64,000 nucleotides of DNA from positions 128,001 through 192,000 of the forward strand of contig CAWBNQ010000002.1 in the NCBI GenBank assembly GCA_963790205.1, given 5' to 3'. Shown piece after piece: positions 48,015-58,320 of the stretch (the first letter of the stretch is position 1; each line of letters begins with the position of its first letter). This stretch comes from Nitrospirota bacterium. Lineage in GTDB: Bacteria; Nitrospirota; UBA9217. Made by a program: the position numbers and the translations under genes. The notes under the pieces are model-generated. The model had not been told where the DNA came from and did not search any database. It saw only the letters and a program-made list of their open reading frames with translations.

Positions 48015-50369
48015 ATGAAGAGCGCGGCTTCCGTCTCTGCTTCAGCATCCGGCAAGGGTCTCAACCTGAACGAAAATAGCCTCAAGGTCCTCGAAAAACG
48101 CTACCTCAAGCGCAATGAGGACGGGACCGTCATCGAGACGGCAGTGGACATGTTCACGCGCGTGGCCCGGACCATTGCCGAGGGCGACCGCGCCTACGGC
48201 AAGTCCGCCGCCGACGTGGAGCGGATTGCGACCGAGTTCTACCGCCTCATGACCTCCCTCGAATTCCTGCCGAACAGCCCCACGCTCATGAACGCAGGGC
48301 GCGAGCTCGGCCAGCTCTCGGCCTGCTTCGTGCTGCCCGTGGGCGATTCCATGGACGAGATCTTTGAGTCCGTGAAGCACGCCGCGCTCATCCACAAGTC
48401 CGGCGGCGGCACGGGCTTCTCCTTCTCGCGCATCCGTCCGAAGAACGACGTGGTGAAGTCTACCAAGGGTGTCTCCTCCGGTCCCATCTCGTTCATGACC
48501 GTGTTCGACGCGGCCACCGAGACGGTGAAGCAGGGTGGCACGCGCCGCGGCGCCAACATGGGCATCCTCTCGGTGGACCACCCGGATGTCCTCGATTTCG
48601 TCACCTGCAAGCAGCAGAACGACCGGCTCAACAACTTCAACATCTCCGTGGCCATGACCGATCCCTTCATGGATGCGGTGGAGAAGGACGGCGAGTACGA
48701 CCTCGTCTCCCCCCGCAACAAGGGCGTGGTGAAGCGGCTCCAGGCCCGCAAGGTCTTCGACACCATCGTGAACATGGCCTGGAAGAACGGCGATCCCGGC
48801 ATCATTTTCCTGGACCGCATCAATCAGTACAATCCTACGCCGCACGTGGGCAAGGTGGAATCCACGAACCCCTGCGGAGAGCAGCCGCTGCTCCCGTACG
48901 AGTCCTGCAACCTGGGCTCGATCAACCTCGCGAGAATGGTCGCACAGCACGGAAAAGCGGTCGATTTCGACAAACTCCGCCACACGGTGCGGCAGGCGGT
49001 CCACTTCCTCGATAACGTGATCGACGTGAACCGCTATCCCATCGACAAGATCCGCGAGATGACCCGGGCGAACCGCAAGATCGGCCTTGGCGTCATGGGC
49101 TTCGCCGACATGCTCCTTGAGATGGGCATACCATACAGCTCGGACGAAGCGGTCAAGCTCGGCGAAAAGGTCATGAAGTTCATCAGCGATGAAGGCCGCA
49201 CCATGAGCGAGGAACTGGCCAGGGAGCGCGGGGCCTTTCCGAACTTCAAGGGCAGCATCTACGACAAACCGGGCCAAGCGCCGGTCAGGAACGCCACGGT
49301 GACGACGATCGCGCCGACTGGGACCCTTTCCATTATCGCCGGCTGTTCCTCCGGCATCGAGCCGCTTTTCGGGCTCACCTTCATCCGGAGGGTCATGGAC
49401 GGCGCGGAACTCCTTGAAGTGAACCCCGTGTTCGAGCGGGTGGCGAAGGAGCGGGGGTTCTATTCCGACGAACTCATGAAGGAGATCGCCGAGCACGGCG
49501 GCTGCACGAACGTTGCGACCGTGCCCGAGGCCGTGCAGAAGGTCTTCGTCACGGCCCATGACATTACGCCCGAGTGGCACATCCGCATGCAGGCCGCGTT
49601 CCAGAAGTACACCGACAACGCGGTGTCCAAGACCGTGAACTTCCCGCACGACGCCACACAGAAGGACGTCGAGAAGGTGTATTTGCTGGCCTACAAACTC
49701 GGCTGCAAGGGCGTGACGATTTACCGGGACGGCTCCCGCGACGAGCAGGTGCTCAGTACGGGCGCCACGGAAAAGGCGCGCAAGGCCGCGGGCCAGCACG
49801 TGACCGTCGCCTCCGCCTCGCCCGAGCTGGCCGAGGAGAAGAAGCCGCGCCACCGGCCGCTCCTTACCCAGGGCGTCACCCAGAAAATCCCCACGGGCTG
49901 CGGCAATCTCTATATTACGATCAACGAGGACGAAGAAGGCATCTGCGAGGTCTTCTCGACCATGGGCAAGTCCGGCGGGTGCGCCGCCAGCCAGTCCGAG
50001 GCCGTCTCCCGCATGGTGTCCCTTGCGCTCCGGTCCGGCGTATCGATCGACTCTATCATCAAGCAGGTGAAAGGCATCCGTTGTCCCTCGCCGGCCTGGG
50101 GAGAAGGCGGCTCCATCCTGTCCTGCCCCGACGCCATCGGCCGGGCGCTCGAGCGCTACATGAAAGAGGGCGTGAACCATCGCTACCAGAAGCCCAAGAC
50201 CGCTGCTGCTCCGCAGGCGACAGTCGGCTACGCTTCATCCGATTGCACTCAGGGCGGCAACAAGAACCACCTCGGTCTCTGCCCCGAATGCCCGGATTGC
50301 GGCGGTCTCCTGGAGTTCGGCGAAGGCTGCGCCTTCTGCCGGGGTTGCGGGTTCTCGAAGTGCGGGTAA
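48015..50369 (+). CDS. nrdJ: Adenosylcobalamin-dependent (class II) ribonucleotide reductase with C-terminal TSCPD/Zn-ribbon domain
   Basis: [51 protein letters not shown]...EGC..C..CGFSKC. Confidence 0.95.
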   Translation: MKSAASVSASASGKGLNLNENSLKVLEKRYLKRNEDGTVIETAVDMFTRVARTIAEGDRAYGKSAADVERIATEFYRLMTSLEFLPNSPTLMNAGRELGQLSACFVLPVGDSMDEIFESVKHAALIHKSGGGTGFSFSRIRPKNDVVKSTKGVSSGPISFMTVFDAATETVKQGGTRRGANMGILSVDHPDVLDFVTCKQQNDRLNNFNISVAMTDPFMDAVEKDGEYDLVSPRNKGVVKRLQARKVFDTIVNMAWKNGDPGIIFLDRINQYNPTPHVGKVESTNPCGEQPLLPYESCNLGSINLARMVAQHGKAVDFDKLRHTVRQAVHFLDNVIDVNRYPIDKIREMTRANRKIGLGVMGFADMLLEMGIPYSSDEAVKLGEKVMKFISDEGRTMSEELARERGAFPNFKGSIYDKPGQAPVRNATVTTIAPTGTLSIIAGCSSGIEPLFGLTFIRRVMDGAELLEVNPVFERVAKERGFYSDELMKEIAEHGGCTNVATVPEAVQKVFVTAHDITPEWHIRMQAAFQKYTDNAVSKTVNFPHDATQKDVEKVYLLAYKLGCKGVTIYRDGSRDEQVLSTGATEKARKAAGQHVTVASASPELAEEKKPRHRPLLTQGVTQKIPTGCGNLYITINEDEEGICEVFSTMGKSGGCAASQSEAVSRMVSLALRSGVSIDSIIKQVKGIRCPSPAWGEGGSILSCPDAIGRALERYMKEGVNHRYQKPKTAAAPQATVGYASSDCTQGGNKNHLGLCPECPDCGGLLEFGEGCAFCRGCGFSKCG

Positions 50370-50520
50370 TTGCAATGCGGATAACCCCTCGCTTCTGATG
50401 GGGAGGGGGAATAAAAGTCCTCATTTTCGATAGTAATGACCTGGTTTCGATAGCATACCGGAGGCAGCGTGAGACAGCATCCCGTATCATCGCAGGACAA
50501 TCTGAGACCGTCTGAATAAC

Positions 50521-50552
50521 AAAAACCGGGAGTTTTTTCTCCCGGTTTTTTT
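50521..50552. terminator. Rho-independent terminator (bidirectional)
   Basis: AAAAACCGGGAG-TTTTTT-CTCCCGGTTTTTTT. Confidence 0.8.
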
Positions 50553-50625
50553 GCAGGTGTAAAGGCTGACTTGTCAGCCAGGCCACCTATTTTGCACTAA
50601 CTTTCTGTATTTAAAGGAGATTTTA

Positions 50626-50817
50626 ATGAAGCTTGAGGAGGTCATTTACGAACTTTACCGGCTTGCCGAAACCAGGCAGTGGGATGGCAAAGCAACGGAC
50701 GAAGCCCTTGCCTCTGCTATCGAGGGTATGGAGAAGATATGGGAGGTACAGCAGGCGGACAGGAGAAAGAGCGCCATGGTCAAAGCGAACAAGAAACAGC
50801 CGAGAATGTGGTCTTAA
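50626..50817 (+). CDS. Small hypothetical protein (63 aa)
   Basis: AAGGAG RBS; helical composition; no motif recognised. Confidence 0.55.
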   Translation: MKLEEVIYELYRLAETRQWDGKATDEALASAIEGMEKIWEVQQADRRKSAMVKANKKQPRMWS

Positions 50818-51006
50818 TCGCTGAACCGGCATAAAAAAAACTTGACATTTGATTGATATGATTCTAAATTAATTTCTAAGAGCATTGCCGCACGACAGAA
50901 TCGTGCGATTCTCGAAGTATTCTAAAAGCGCAGCTCAACAGAGTCGGTGTACGGCCATGAAGCCCGGAAAACGGGTTATCAGCTTAACCTAAGGAGGGGG
51001 ACGCGT

Positions 51007-51357
51007 ATGGGTATTGAGAGGATCATGCAGTATGAGTGCAGGGTCTGCGGCAGGAAGATAGATGTGACCAGGACCGGCGATGTGTATGAGGAGCCGGTGT
51101 ATTGCTGCGGTCTGGAGGCCACAGAGGCCAGAGTACCGGCGGTGCCCGCTGCGCCTGCGGCAAAGAGGCCTGTAAAGAAAAAGGCTAAGAAGGCCGCTAG
51201 GAGGAAACCTGCTAAAAAGAAGGCCAAAAAGGCAGTAAAGAAAAAGGCAGGAAAGAAAGCTGCAAAGAAGAAGGCGGCCGGGAAAAAAGCGACTAAAAAG
51301 AAAGCGACCAGAAAAAAGGCTACCGGAAAAAAGAAAGCCGCGAAAAAGAGACGATAA
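51007..51357 (+). CDS. Desulforedoxin-like Cys4 domain fused to a Lys/Ala-rich histone-H1-like tail
   Basis: YECRVCG...VYCCG followed by repeated KKKA/KKAT; AAGGAGG RBS; followed by a terminator. Confidence 0.75.
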   Translation: MGIERIMQYECRVCGRKIDVTRTGDVYEEPVYCCGLEATEARVPAVPAAPAAKRPVKKKAKKAARRKPAKKKAKKAVKKKAGKKAAKKKAAGKKATKKKATRKKATGKKKAAKKRR

Positions 51358-51382
51358 TTTTCGTCAAGACAGGCATAACGTT

Positions 51383-51415
51383 AAGGCACCCGGATATGCA
51401 CCGGGTGCCTTTTTT
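51383..51415 (+). terminator. Rho-independent terminator
   Basis: AAGGCACCCGG-ATATGCA-CCGGGTGCCTT-TTTT. Confidence 0.85.
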
Positions 51416-51474
51416 GTTGCAAGGGTATTCATAAAACTGTTGACGAAGGGACTGCCAAACCGTAGGATTTACGC

Positions 51475-52257
51475 ATGCGAACCGATGCCTACCATGAACG
51501 ACGCATCCGGCGACTTGTGGGCCGGGCCATCAGCGACTTCGGGCTGATCGAAAACCGGGACCGGATACTTGTTGCGCTGTCGGGCGGCAAGGACAGCTGG
51601 ACGCTGCTCCATATGCTGGAAAGCCTGAGACAACGGGCGCCTGTCCGGTTCTCGCTGGTCCCGGTGACCGTGCACCCGGGGTTTCCCGGTTTTGAGACCG
51701 GGCTGATGGAGGCGTATCTTCGTACGCGGGCCCCTGAATACCGCATCGTACGCGCGCCCATCCACGAGACCATGATCGAGAAACTTGCGCCCGACGATAC
51801 GCCTTGTTCCCTCTGCGCCCGGATCCGCCGCGGCGTGCTGTACACCCAGGCAGTTGAACTCGGCTGCACGAAGATCGCCCTCGGTCATCACCGTGAGGAT
51901 TTCATCGAGACGCTTCTGCTCAATCAATTTTATAACGGCAAGATCAAGGCCATGACGCCGCGCCTCACAGCCGATGACGGCCGGAACGTGGTGATCCGCC
52001 CGCTCGTCTATGTGGCCGAGGAAAATATCGTCCGGTTCGCCTCCGCTGCGGGTTTCCCCGTCACCTGCTGCGCCTGCCCCTCCTGCGGTGATCCGGACAT
52101 GAAGCGCGTGAGGATAAAAAAGCTTCTCGCCGGCCTCGAGCGAGACCAGCCGGGCATAAAATCGAGCCTGCTTGCGGCGCTCTCCGACGTGGACCGGCGG
52201 CATCTGCCGTTAAAAACGGCGAAAAATATAGTATGTCGCGCGGGAAGTGACTCATGA
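51475..52257 (+). CDS. ttcA: tRNA 2-thiocytidine(32) synthetase TtcA
   Basis: PP-loop SGGKDS, CSLCARIRRG.LY, KIALGHH.ED, VIRPL, CxCxxC. Confidence 0.9.
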   Translation: MRTDAYHERRIRRLVGRAISDFGLIENRDRILVALSGGKDSWTLLHMLESLRQRAPVRFSLVPVTVHPGFPGFETGLMEAYLRTRAPEYRIVRAPIHETMIEKLAPDDTPCSLCARIRRGVLYTQAVELGCTKIALGHHREDFIETLLLNQFYNGKIKAMTPRLTADDGRNVVIRPLVYVAEENIVRFASAAGFPVTCCACPSCGDPDMKRVRIKKLLAGLERDQPGIKSSLLAALSDVDRRHLPLKTAKNIVCRAGSDS

Positions 52258-52446
52258 TGGAGGGGATGCCGGCGGATATCGGCGTACGGCGCGAAAAGGC
52301 GTTGGCGCGCCCATGACGAGGTATAGTATAATTGAACAAGCTCAGGATGTCCTGCACCCGGACTTCAAACTGATTGACAGCGTTTGCATGTATGGCTTAT
52401 AATTCGAGCTGGTGCGCAAACGGAACGGGCGTCGCGAGCGGGGGAG

Positions 52447-53154
52447 ATGTCGATGACCGAAAAAAAGAAGCTTGGCGATATCTTAAAGGAAACCGGGCTG
52501 ATCGACGATTTCCAGCTCGAGTCGGCGCTGTCGCACCAGCGTAAATGGGGAGGGAAACTGGGGTCCATCATTGTGGAGTTCGGCTTCGTTCAGGAGTCGG
52601 AATTGGCAAGGGTGCTCGCGGAAAAGCTGAGCCTTCCCTATGTGAACCTGTTCGATCCCGAAATACCCGAGACAGTCACGAACCTGATCAAGCCGGAGAT
52701 AGCGCGAAAGTACCACGTTATCCCCGTGAAAAAAGAGGGGAAGTCACTCGTGCTTGCGATGGCTGACCCGTTGGACCTTGAGGCGATGGACTCGATCCGG
52801 TTCGCCACCGGGAGCACCATAAAGCCGGCCCTGGCCATGGGGTCGGAAATCGAAAACGCAATTAAAAAATATTATGAGCATGAACAGGTCGCGTATAAGC
52901 TGCAATCGGCCGTTGCCGCGAATAAGGTCTCGTCGGGAAAGATGGAACTGATCCGAGGAAGCGAACTCAACATGCCGAAGGCCCCGGAGACCGACGCAGC
53001 GTCGCCTATCCTGTCCAGGGAAGACGCTGCGCAGCAGACGCAGGCGGACACCAAGGTGCGGCTCGACGCCCTGATCGCCGTGCTAATAGAAAAAGGGCTG
53101 GTCACGCGCGAAGAGCTTGTCAACATGATCTATCAGAAAAAGATGGGACTTTAG
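52447..53154 (+). CDS. Stand-alone MshEN/T2SSE_N domain protein (no ATPase domain)
   Basis: KLGDILKETGLI...QL..AL..Q...KLGSIIVEFGFV, ARKY.VIP, LAMADPLD. Confidence 0.8.
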   Translation: MSMTEKKKLGDILKETGLIDDFQLESALSHQRKWGGKLGSIIVEFGFVQESELARVLAEKLSLPYVNLFDPEIPETVTNLIKPEIARKYHVIPVKKEGKSLVLAMADPLDLEAMDSIRFATGSTIKPALAMGSEIENAIKKYYEHEQVAYKLQSAVAANKVSSGKMELIRGSELNMPKAPETDAASPILSREDAAQQTQADTKVRLDALIAVLIEKGLVTREELVNMIYQKKMGL

Positions 53155-53169
53155 GGAGGGGCAACGGGC

Positions 53170-53565
53170 ATGAAAGTCATAGCGATAAAAGGCATGGTTC
53201 TCTTTTTTCTTCTCGCGGCCGGCGCCGTGTCGGCCCGGGAGCTGAAAGGTCCCAGAATAGAGGTGAAGGAGGAGCAGTACAGCATGGGAAGCGTCGCGCA
53301 GGGGAAACAGGCCACGCACGTGTTCGAGGTCAGGAACGCGGGGACCGAACCCCTGGTTATCGACAGCCTTAAACCTTCCTGAGGGTGCACCGCTGCGGTG
53401 ATTAGTTCTAATCGCCTGGAACCGGGGAGCGTGGGACAGATCAAAGTCACGGTGGATACGGACGGAAGAGTCGGACGCCTCGAAAAATATATTGCTGTCT
53501 ATTCGAATGACCGGACAACTCCGGTGCTCACGCTTACGGTGACCCTGGATATTGTACAAAAGTGA
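53170..53565 (+). CDS. DUF1573-like Ig-fold exported protein, putative selenoprotein (S-U-G-C, TGA at 53380)
   Basis: Frame continues past the TGA as GCTAAVISSNRLEPGSVGQIKVTVDT...VYSND; Cys homologues carry S-C-G-C here; SECIS-like hairpin at 53397-53416. Confidence 0.78.
53397..53416 (+). promoter_or_regulatory. Candidate bacterial SECIS element
   Basis: GGTGATTA-GTTC-TAATCGCC; loop starts with GT, 22 nt after the TGA. Confidence 0.6.
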
Positions 53566-53964
53566 TGGGAAATGACGGATCGGGACCTGCGGAACGGCTC
53601 GTACTATTTTCTTGACAATTTTCCGCGGCTTATGCTACTCTCCTATGGTTTTGGCCTGAATTCTGGAGCGAGCACATTCCCGGAGCTTGCTGCGGGGAAT
53701 GCGAGCGAATCGAGATGCCTGCAGATGCCTATTCGAACCTTCATTTGCTGCAGGGAGCTTCAATTATTCAAAGAGAGGCAGTACTCTATCGTGAAACAGC
53801 ACAGACATCCGCAATATCCCAGCGACCTGCCAACCCCGGGCATAGGTCCCGCCCCGGCGGGACTATAATTTTTTTGTACAAACTCAAAGCGTTTCGATCT
53901 GTTCAGCTGTTTACGTTATACTAATCCGACTAAATACAGTAAAGAATTTTTGGAGGGTATCCCT

Positions 53965-55101
53965 ATGCAGAAAAAATATCTTTTAGCCCCTGGCCCGACT
54001 CCCGTGCCGCCTGAGGCGCTCCTGGCCATGGCCATGCCGATCATTCATCACCGGGCGCCTGATTTTTTGCCCGTGCTCGATGCCGCGAAGAAGGGCCTCC
54101 AGTGGCTCTACCAGACCAGGAACGACGTGCTCATCCTCTGCGCCACAGGAACCGGCGGCATGGTGGGCTCGGTGACCAACTTCCTGAGCCCCGGCGACGA
54201 CGTGCTCGTGATCAACGGCGGTAAGTTCGGCGAACGCTGGACCAAGATCTGTCAGGCCTACGGTATGAAGGTCGAGGAACTCATCGTGGAGTGGGGCCAT
54301 GCGGTAAAGCCCGAGCAGGTGGATGCAGCGCTCAAGAAGAACCCGAAGATCAAGGCCGTGTTCGTTCAGGCGAACGAAACTTCGACCGGCGTGTACCACG
54401 ATGTCAAGTCCGTTGCCGCTGTGGTCAGGAAAACCGGCGCACTCTTTGTCGTTGACGCGATTTCGGCCCTTGTGGCGCATGATATCAAGACCGACGAGTG
54501 GGGCATCGATGTGATGATCGGCGGCTCACAGAAGGGCGTGATGCTTCCTCCCGGCCTCGCTTTTGTATCGGTCAGCGACAAGGCGTGGAAAATGGCGGAT
54601 ACGGCCAAGACGCCGAAGTTCTATTTCAACTTCAAGAAGGAACGCGAGAACCTGGCCAAGAACCAGACGAACTTCACCTCGGCGGTGACGCTCATCATCG
54701 GTCTGAACGCCAGCATCAAGATGCTTCAGGAAGAAGGGCTGGAGAATGTGTTCAGCCGCCACGAGAGGCTCGCGCGGGCCACCCGCGCGGCGGCCGGCGC
54801 ACTGGGCCTCAAGCTTTTCCCGAAAGAGAATCCGAGCAATGCGCTCACGGCCATCGAGGCGCCGGCCGGCGTCGACGGCCAGGCGATCTACAAAGATTTA
54901 CGCGTGAAGTACGGCATCACCGGCGCCGGCGGCCAGGACAAGCTCAAGGGCAAGATCTTCCGCATTGCGCATCTGGGTTATGCAGATACGTTCGATGTGA
55001 TCACCGCCGTGGCCGGCATCGAAATGGTTTTGAAGGGCCTGGGCCATCCGGTGAAACTCGGCACGGGCGTAGCCGCTGCGCAGGAAATTTTAATGAAATA
55101 A
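53965..55101 (+). CDS. PLP-dependent class V aminotransferase (serine-pyruvate/alanine-glyoxylate family; probably phosphoserine aminotransferase role)
   Basis: LLAPGPTPVP, HHR, NETSTGV, VDAIS, GSQKG..LPPGL, FRIAHLG; directly upstream of serA. Confidence 0.88.
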   Translation: MQKKYLLAPGPTPVPPEALLAMAMPIIHHRAPDFLPVLDAAKKGLQWLYQTRNDVLILCATGTGGMVGSVTNFLSPGDDVLVINGGKFGERWTKICQAYGMKVEELIVEWGHAVKPEQVDAALKKNPKIKAVFVQANETSTGVYHDVKSVAAVVRKTGALFVVDAISALVAHDIKTDEWGIDVMIGGSQKGVMLPPGLAFVSVSDKAWKMADTAKTPKFYFNFKKERENLAKNQTNFTSAVTLIIGLNASIKMLQEEGLENVFSRHERLARATRAAAGALGLKLFPKENPSNALTAIEAPAGVDGQAIYKDLRVKYGITGAGGQDKLKGKIFRIAHLGYADTFDVITAVAGIEMVLKGLGHPVKLGTGVAAAQEILMK

Positions 55102-55110
55102 ACTGCTTTT

Positions 55111-55186
55111 CACCACGAAGTCACGAAGACGCGAAGTGATATCTCATTTAGCTTTATGTTTTCTTCGAGCCTTTGTGCCTTTGTGA
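55111..55186. repeat. Degenerate 9-bp repeat tract in mirrored arrangement
   Basis: CACCACGAA GTCACGAA GACGCGAA on the left; CTTCGAGC CTTTGTGC CTTTGTG on the right. Confidence 0.55.
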
Positions 55187-55208
55187 CAAACGATTTTTGG
55201 AGGATTTC

Positions 55209-56786
55209 ATGAAGGTTCTCATCAGCGACAACCTCTCCCCCGTCGGGGTGGAGATTTTGAAAAAGGCCGGGCTCGAAGTAGACGCCCGGAGCAAGACCTC
55301 GGTCGAGGAGATCGAGAAGATCATCGGCGATTACGACGCGCTCATCATCCGTTCAGCAACAAAAGTCACGAAGGACCTCCTGGACAAGGCGACAAAGCTC
55401 AAGGTCGTGGGCCGCGCCGGAAGCGGCCTTGACAACGTGGACATCCCCTCGGCGACCAAAAAGGGCGTGGTGGTCATGAATACGCCAGGCGGCAACACCG
55501 TCACCACGGCTGAGCACACCATCGGCATGATCTTCGCCTGCGCCCGAATGATTCCGCAGGCCTACTCCTCGCTCAAGGCGGGCAAGTGGGAAAAGAAGAA
55601 ATTCGAAGGCGTCGAACTTTACGACAAGACCCTGGGTGTAATCGGCACAGGGGCCATCGGCGGCGTCGTGGCGAGCAGGGCGATCGGGCTCGGCATGAAG
55701 GTCCTGGCCTATGACCCCTTCATCTCTCCGGAAAAGGCGAAATCACTCGGGATCGAGCTCGCGGACCTGCCGACGATCTACAAGCGCTCTGACTTCATCA
55801 CGATCCACACGCCCAAGACCAAGGAGACCGCGAACCTCATCAATAAGAATACGATCGCCCAGATGAAGGACAGCGTGCGCATCATCAACTGCGCCCGCGG
55901 CGGCATCGTAAACGAGCAGGACCTCTATGAGGCCTTGAAGAGCGGCAAGGTCGCGGCAGCGGCCTTTGACGTGTTCGAGAAGGAGCCGCCGGAGAACCAC
56001 CCGCTGCTTACGCTCGACAACTTCATCGCCACGCCGCACCTCGGCGCATCCACGAGAGAGGCGCAGGAGAACGTGGCCGTGGCCGTGGCCGAGCAGATCG
56101 TGGACTATCTCATCGCAGGGACCGTGCGGAACGCGGTGAACGTGCCTTCGGTGCCGGCGGACCAGCTCCCGGCCTTGAGCCCCTACATCAACCTCGCCGA
56201 ACGGATCGGGTCCTTCGAGGCGCAGCTCTACGAGGGCGGCCTGACGCAGGTGACGGTAGAGTACAGCGGCGAGGTGTCGAACCTCAAGCTCGAGCCGATC
56301 ACGCTTGCGGCGCTTAAGGGACTCTTAACGCCTATCCTCAAGGAGAACGTGAACTACGTGAATGCGCCGCTCATCGCCAAGGACCGCGGCATCGAGGTCA
56401 AGGTATCGAAGACGAGCAGCGGTTCGGAGTACACCAGCCTGGTCACCGTGAGGGTCAAGGCGAGCGGCAGGGAAATGGCAATAGCGGGCACGCTGAACAG
56501 CAAGAAGGAGCCGCGCATCGTGCAGGTGGACAATTTCCCGATGGAGACGGTGCCGGAGGGCGACATGCTCGTGCTCATGAACAACGACAAGCCGGGCGTC
56601 ATCGGCGGCATCGGCATGCTCCTCGGCCAGAACGGCGTCAACATCGCGCGCATGCAGTTCGGCCGCGAGAAGCAGGGCGGCCTGGCCATGTCGGTCGTCA
56701 GTATCGACAATCAGGTGTCCGATGGGCTCATGGCGAAGATCAGACAGCTGCCGAATGTGTTGTCAGTGAAGCAGATTAGAATCTAA
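55209..56786 (+). CDS. serA: D-3-phosphoglycerate dehydrogenase (with ASB and ACT domains)
   Basis: IRSATKVT, GRAGSGLDNVD, NTPGGN, INCARGG, TPHLGAST.EAQ, C-terminal NDKPGVIG. Confidence 0.95.
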   Translation: MKVLISDNLSPVGVEILKKAGLEVDARSKTSVEEIEKIIGDYDALIIRSATKVTKDLLDKATKLKVVGRAGSGLDNVDIPSATKKGVVVMNTPGGNTVTTAEHTIGMIFACARMIPQAYSSLKAGKWEKKKFEGVELYDKTLGVIGTGAIGGVVASRAIGLGMKVLAYDPFISPEKAKSLGIELADLPTIYKRSDFITIHTPKTKETANLINKNTIAQMKDSVRIINCARGGIVNEQDLYEALKSGKVAAAAFDVFEKEPPENHPLLTLDNFIATPHLGASTREAQENVAVAVAEQIVDYLIAGTVRNAVNVPSVPADQLPALSPYINLAERIGSFEAQLYEGGLTQVTVEYSGEVSNLKLEPITLAALKGLLTPILKENVNYVNAPLIAKDRGIEVKVSKTSSGSEYTSLVTVRVKASGREMAIAGTLNSKKEPRIVQVDNFPMETVPEGDMLVLMNNDKPGVIGGIGMLLGQNGVNIARMQFGREKQGGLAMSVVSIDNQVSDGLMAKIRQLPNVLSVKQIRI

Positions 56787-56791
56787 GAAGC

Positions 56792-56870
56792 AGTCAGGAG
56801 TTCGGAGTGAGGAGTTCGGAGGGTGAATACAGAATTTTCACCTGACCACTTACACTTCACTTTTCACGGT
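56792..56870. repeat. Degenerate heptamer repeat tract
   Basis: AGTCAGG AGTTCGG AGTGAGG AGTTCGG on the left; CACTTAC ACTTCAC TTTTCAC on the right. Confidence 0.55.
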
Positions 56871-56886
56871 TTCACAAGGAGACACC

Positions 56887-58191
56887 ATGCCAGTATTGGT
56901 TGTAGTAGGCGCCCAGTGGGGCGATGAAGGCAAGGGAAAGATCATCGACCTGCTTACCGAGAAGGCGGACATCGTCGCGCGTTATCAGGGCGGCCATAAT
57001 GCCGGCCATACCGTGGTAGTGGGTATGAACGAGTTCATCCTGCACCTGGTCCCTTCGGGCATTCTGCACAAGGGCAAGAAGTGCATCATCGGAAACGGCG
57101 TGGTCGTGGACCCCGCGGCGCTCCTCGAAGAGATGGATGCGATGGCCAAGCGGGGCGTCAAATTCGACGGCAGCCTGCTCATCAGCAAGAACGCGCACCT
57201 GATCATGCCCTACCACAAGGCCCTCGACATGGCGAGCGAGAAGCTCAAGGGGAACAAGAAGATCGGCACAACCGGCCGCGGCATCGGGCCCGCGTACGCC
57301 GACAAGATCAACCGCAAGGGTATCAGAATGGCCGATCTCCTGGACCCCGAAGCGTTCCGCGACAAGCTCGCGTGCAACACCGGCGAAGCGAATTTCCTGC
57401 TCGAGCGCTTCTACCATGCGCCGCTGGTACAATTGGACCAGGTATATGAAGAATATATGGCCTACGCCCGGCGGCTCAAAAAATACATTGCCGATACGAC
57501 GCTCTTCCTCAACGAATCGATCGCCGGAAACAAGAAGATCCTGGCCGAGGGAGCTCAAGGCACCCACCTGGATGTGGACCACGGCACCTATCCCTTCGTG
57601 ACCTCGTCAAGCCCCACGGCGGGGGGGGCCTGCACGGGCCTCGGCATCGGTCCGAATACGATCACCGAGGTAATAGGGATCGTCAAGGCCTATACCACGC
57701 GCGTGGGCAGCGGTCCGTTCCCGACCGAGCAGGAGAACAAGCTCGGAGAGCTGCTCCGCGCCCGGGGCAAGGAATACGGCGCCACGACCGGAAGGCCCCG
57801 GCGGTGCGGCTGGCTGGATACGCTCATCGTCCGCCATGCCGTGCGCGTGAACGGGCTGACGGGCGTTGCCATCACCAAGCTCGACGTGCTCGACACGCTC
57901 GATGAGCTCAAGATCTGCGTGGGCTACAAATACAAGGGCAAGCTCTATGAAGAGATGCCGTCCGAGCTTGCGGTGCTGGAGAAGGGCATGCCCCAGTACA
58001 TCACCATGCCGGGCTGGAAGCAGACCACGATCGGCATCACGAAGTATGCTGACCTGCCCAAGAAGGCACGCGCCTATGTGGAGAAGGTCTGCAGGCTCTG
58101 CGGGGTGAAGCCCGCCATCATTTCAACCGGCGCGCGAAGGGACGAGACCATTATCCTTCAGCAGCCCTTCAAGAGGGCGGGGAAGAGATAA
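56887..58191 (+). CDS. purA: Adenylosuccinate synthetase
   Basis: GAQWGDEGKGK, GGHNAGHT, GTTGRGIGP, EGAQG, GATTGRPRRCGW, TKLDVL. Confidence 0.97.
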   Translation: MPVLVVVGAQWGDEGKGKIIDLLTEKADIVARYQGGHNAGHTVVVGMNEFILHLVPSGILHKGKKCIIGNGVVVDPAALLEEMDAMAKRGVKFDGSLLISKNAHLIMPYHKALDMASEKLKGNKKIGTTGRGIGPAYADKINRKGIRMADLLDPEAFRDKLACNTGEANFLLERFYHAPLVQLDQVYEEYMAYARRLKKYIADTTLFLNESIAGNKKILAEGAQGTHLDVDHGTYPFVTSSSPTAGGACTGLGIGPNTITEVIGIVKAYTTRVGSGPFPTEQENKLGELLRARGKEYGATTGRPRRCGWLDTLIVRHAVRVNGLTGVAITKLDVLDTLDELKICVGYKYKGKLYEEMPSELAVLEKGMPQYITMPGWKQTTIGITKYADLPKKARAYVEKVCRLCGVKPAIISTGARRDETIILQQPFKRAGKR

Positions 58192-58292
58192 ATTCCAAAT
58201 TACAAGCACCAATAGCCAAGCACTAAACTCCAAACGTTTGGGTATTGTGATTTGCTGACTGGATCTTATCTGAATTTTGTGAATTGAAATGA
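58190..58292. repeat. Degenerate heptamer repeat tract in mirrored arrangement
   Basis: AAATTCC AAATTAC AAGCACC AATAGCC AAGCACT AAACTCC on the left; GGTATT GTGATTT ... GTGAATT on the right. Confidence 0.65.
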
Positions 58293-58320
58293 GGAGCTTT
58301 CAGAGTTCGGCAGATTCTAT

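Noticed and set aside
48042..50180. 712-aa minus-strand ORF, and similar ones opposite tolB, cusA, cusB and cpoB
   Set aside because: Fully antisense to well-supported genes, with shadow-ORF composition
53700..53865. 6S RNA (GAACC...GGGAGC resemblance)
   Set aside because: Could not build the long rod with a central bubble by eye; needs an Infernal search
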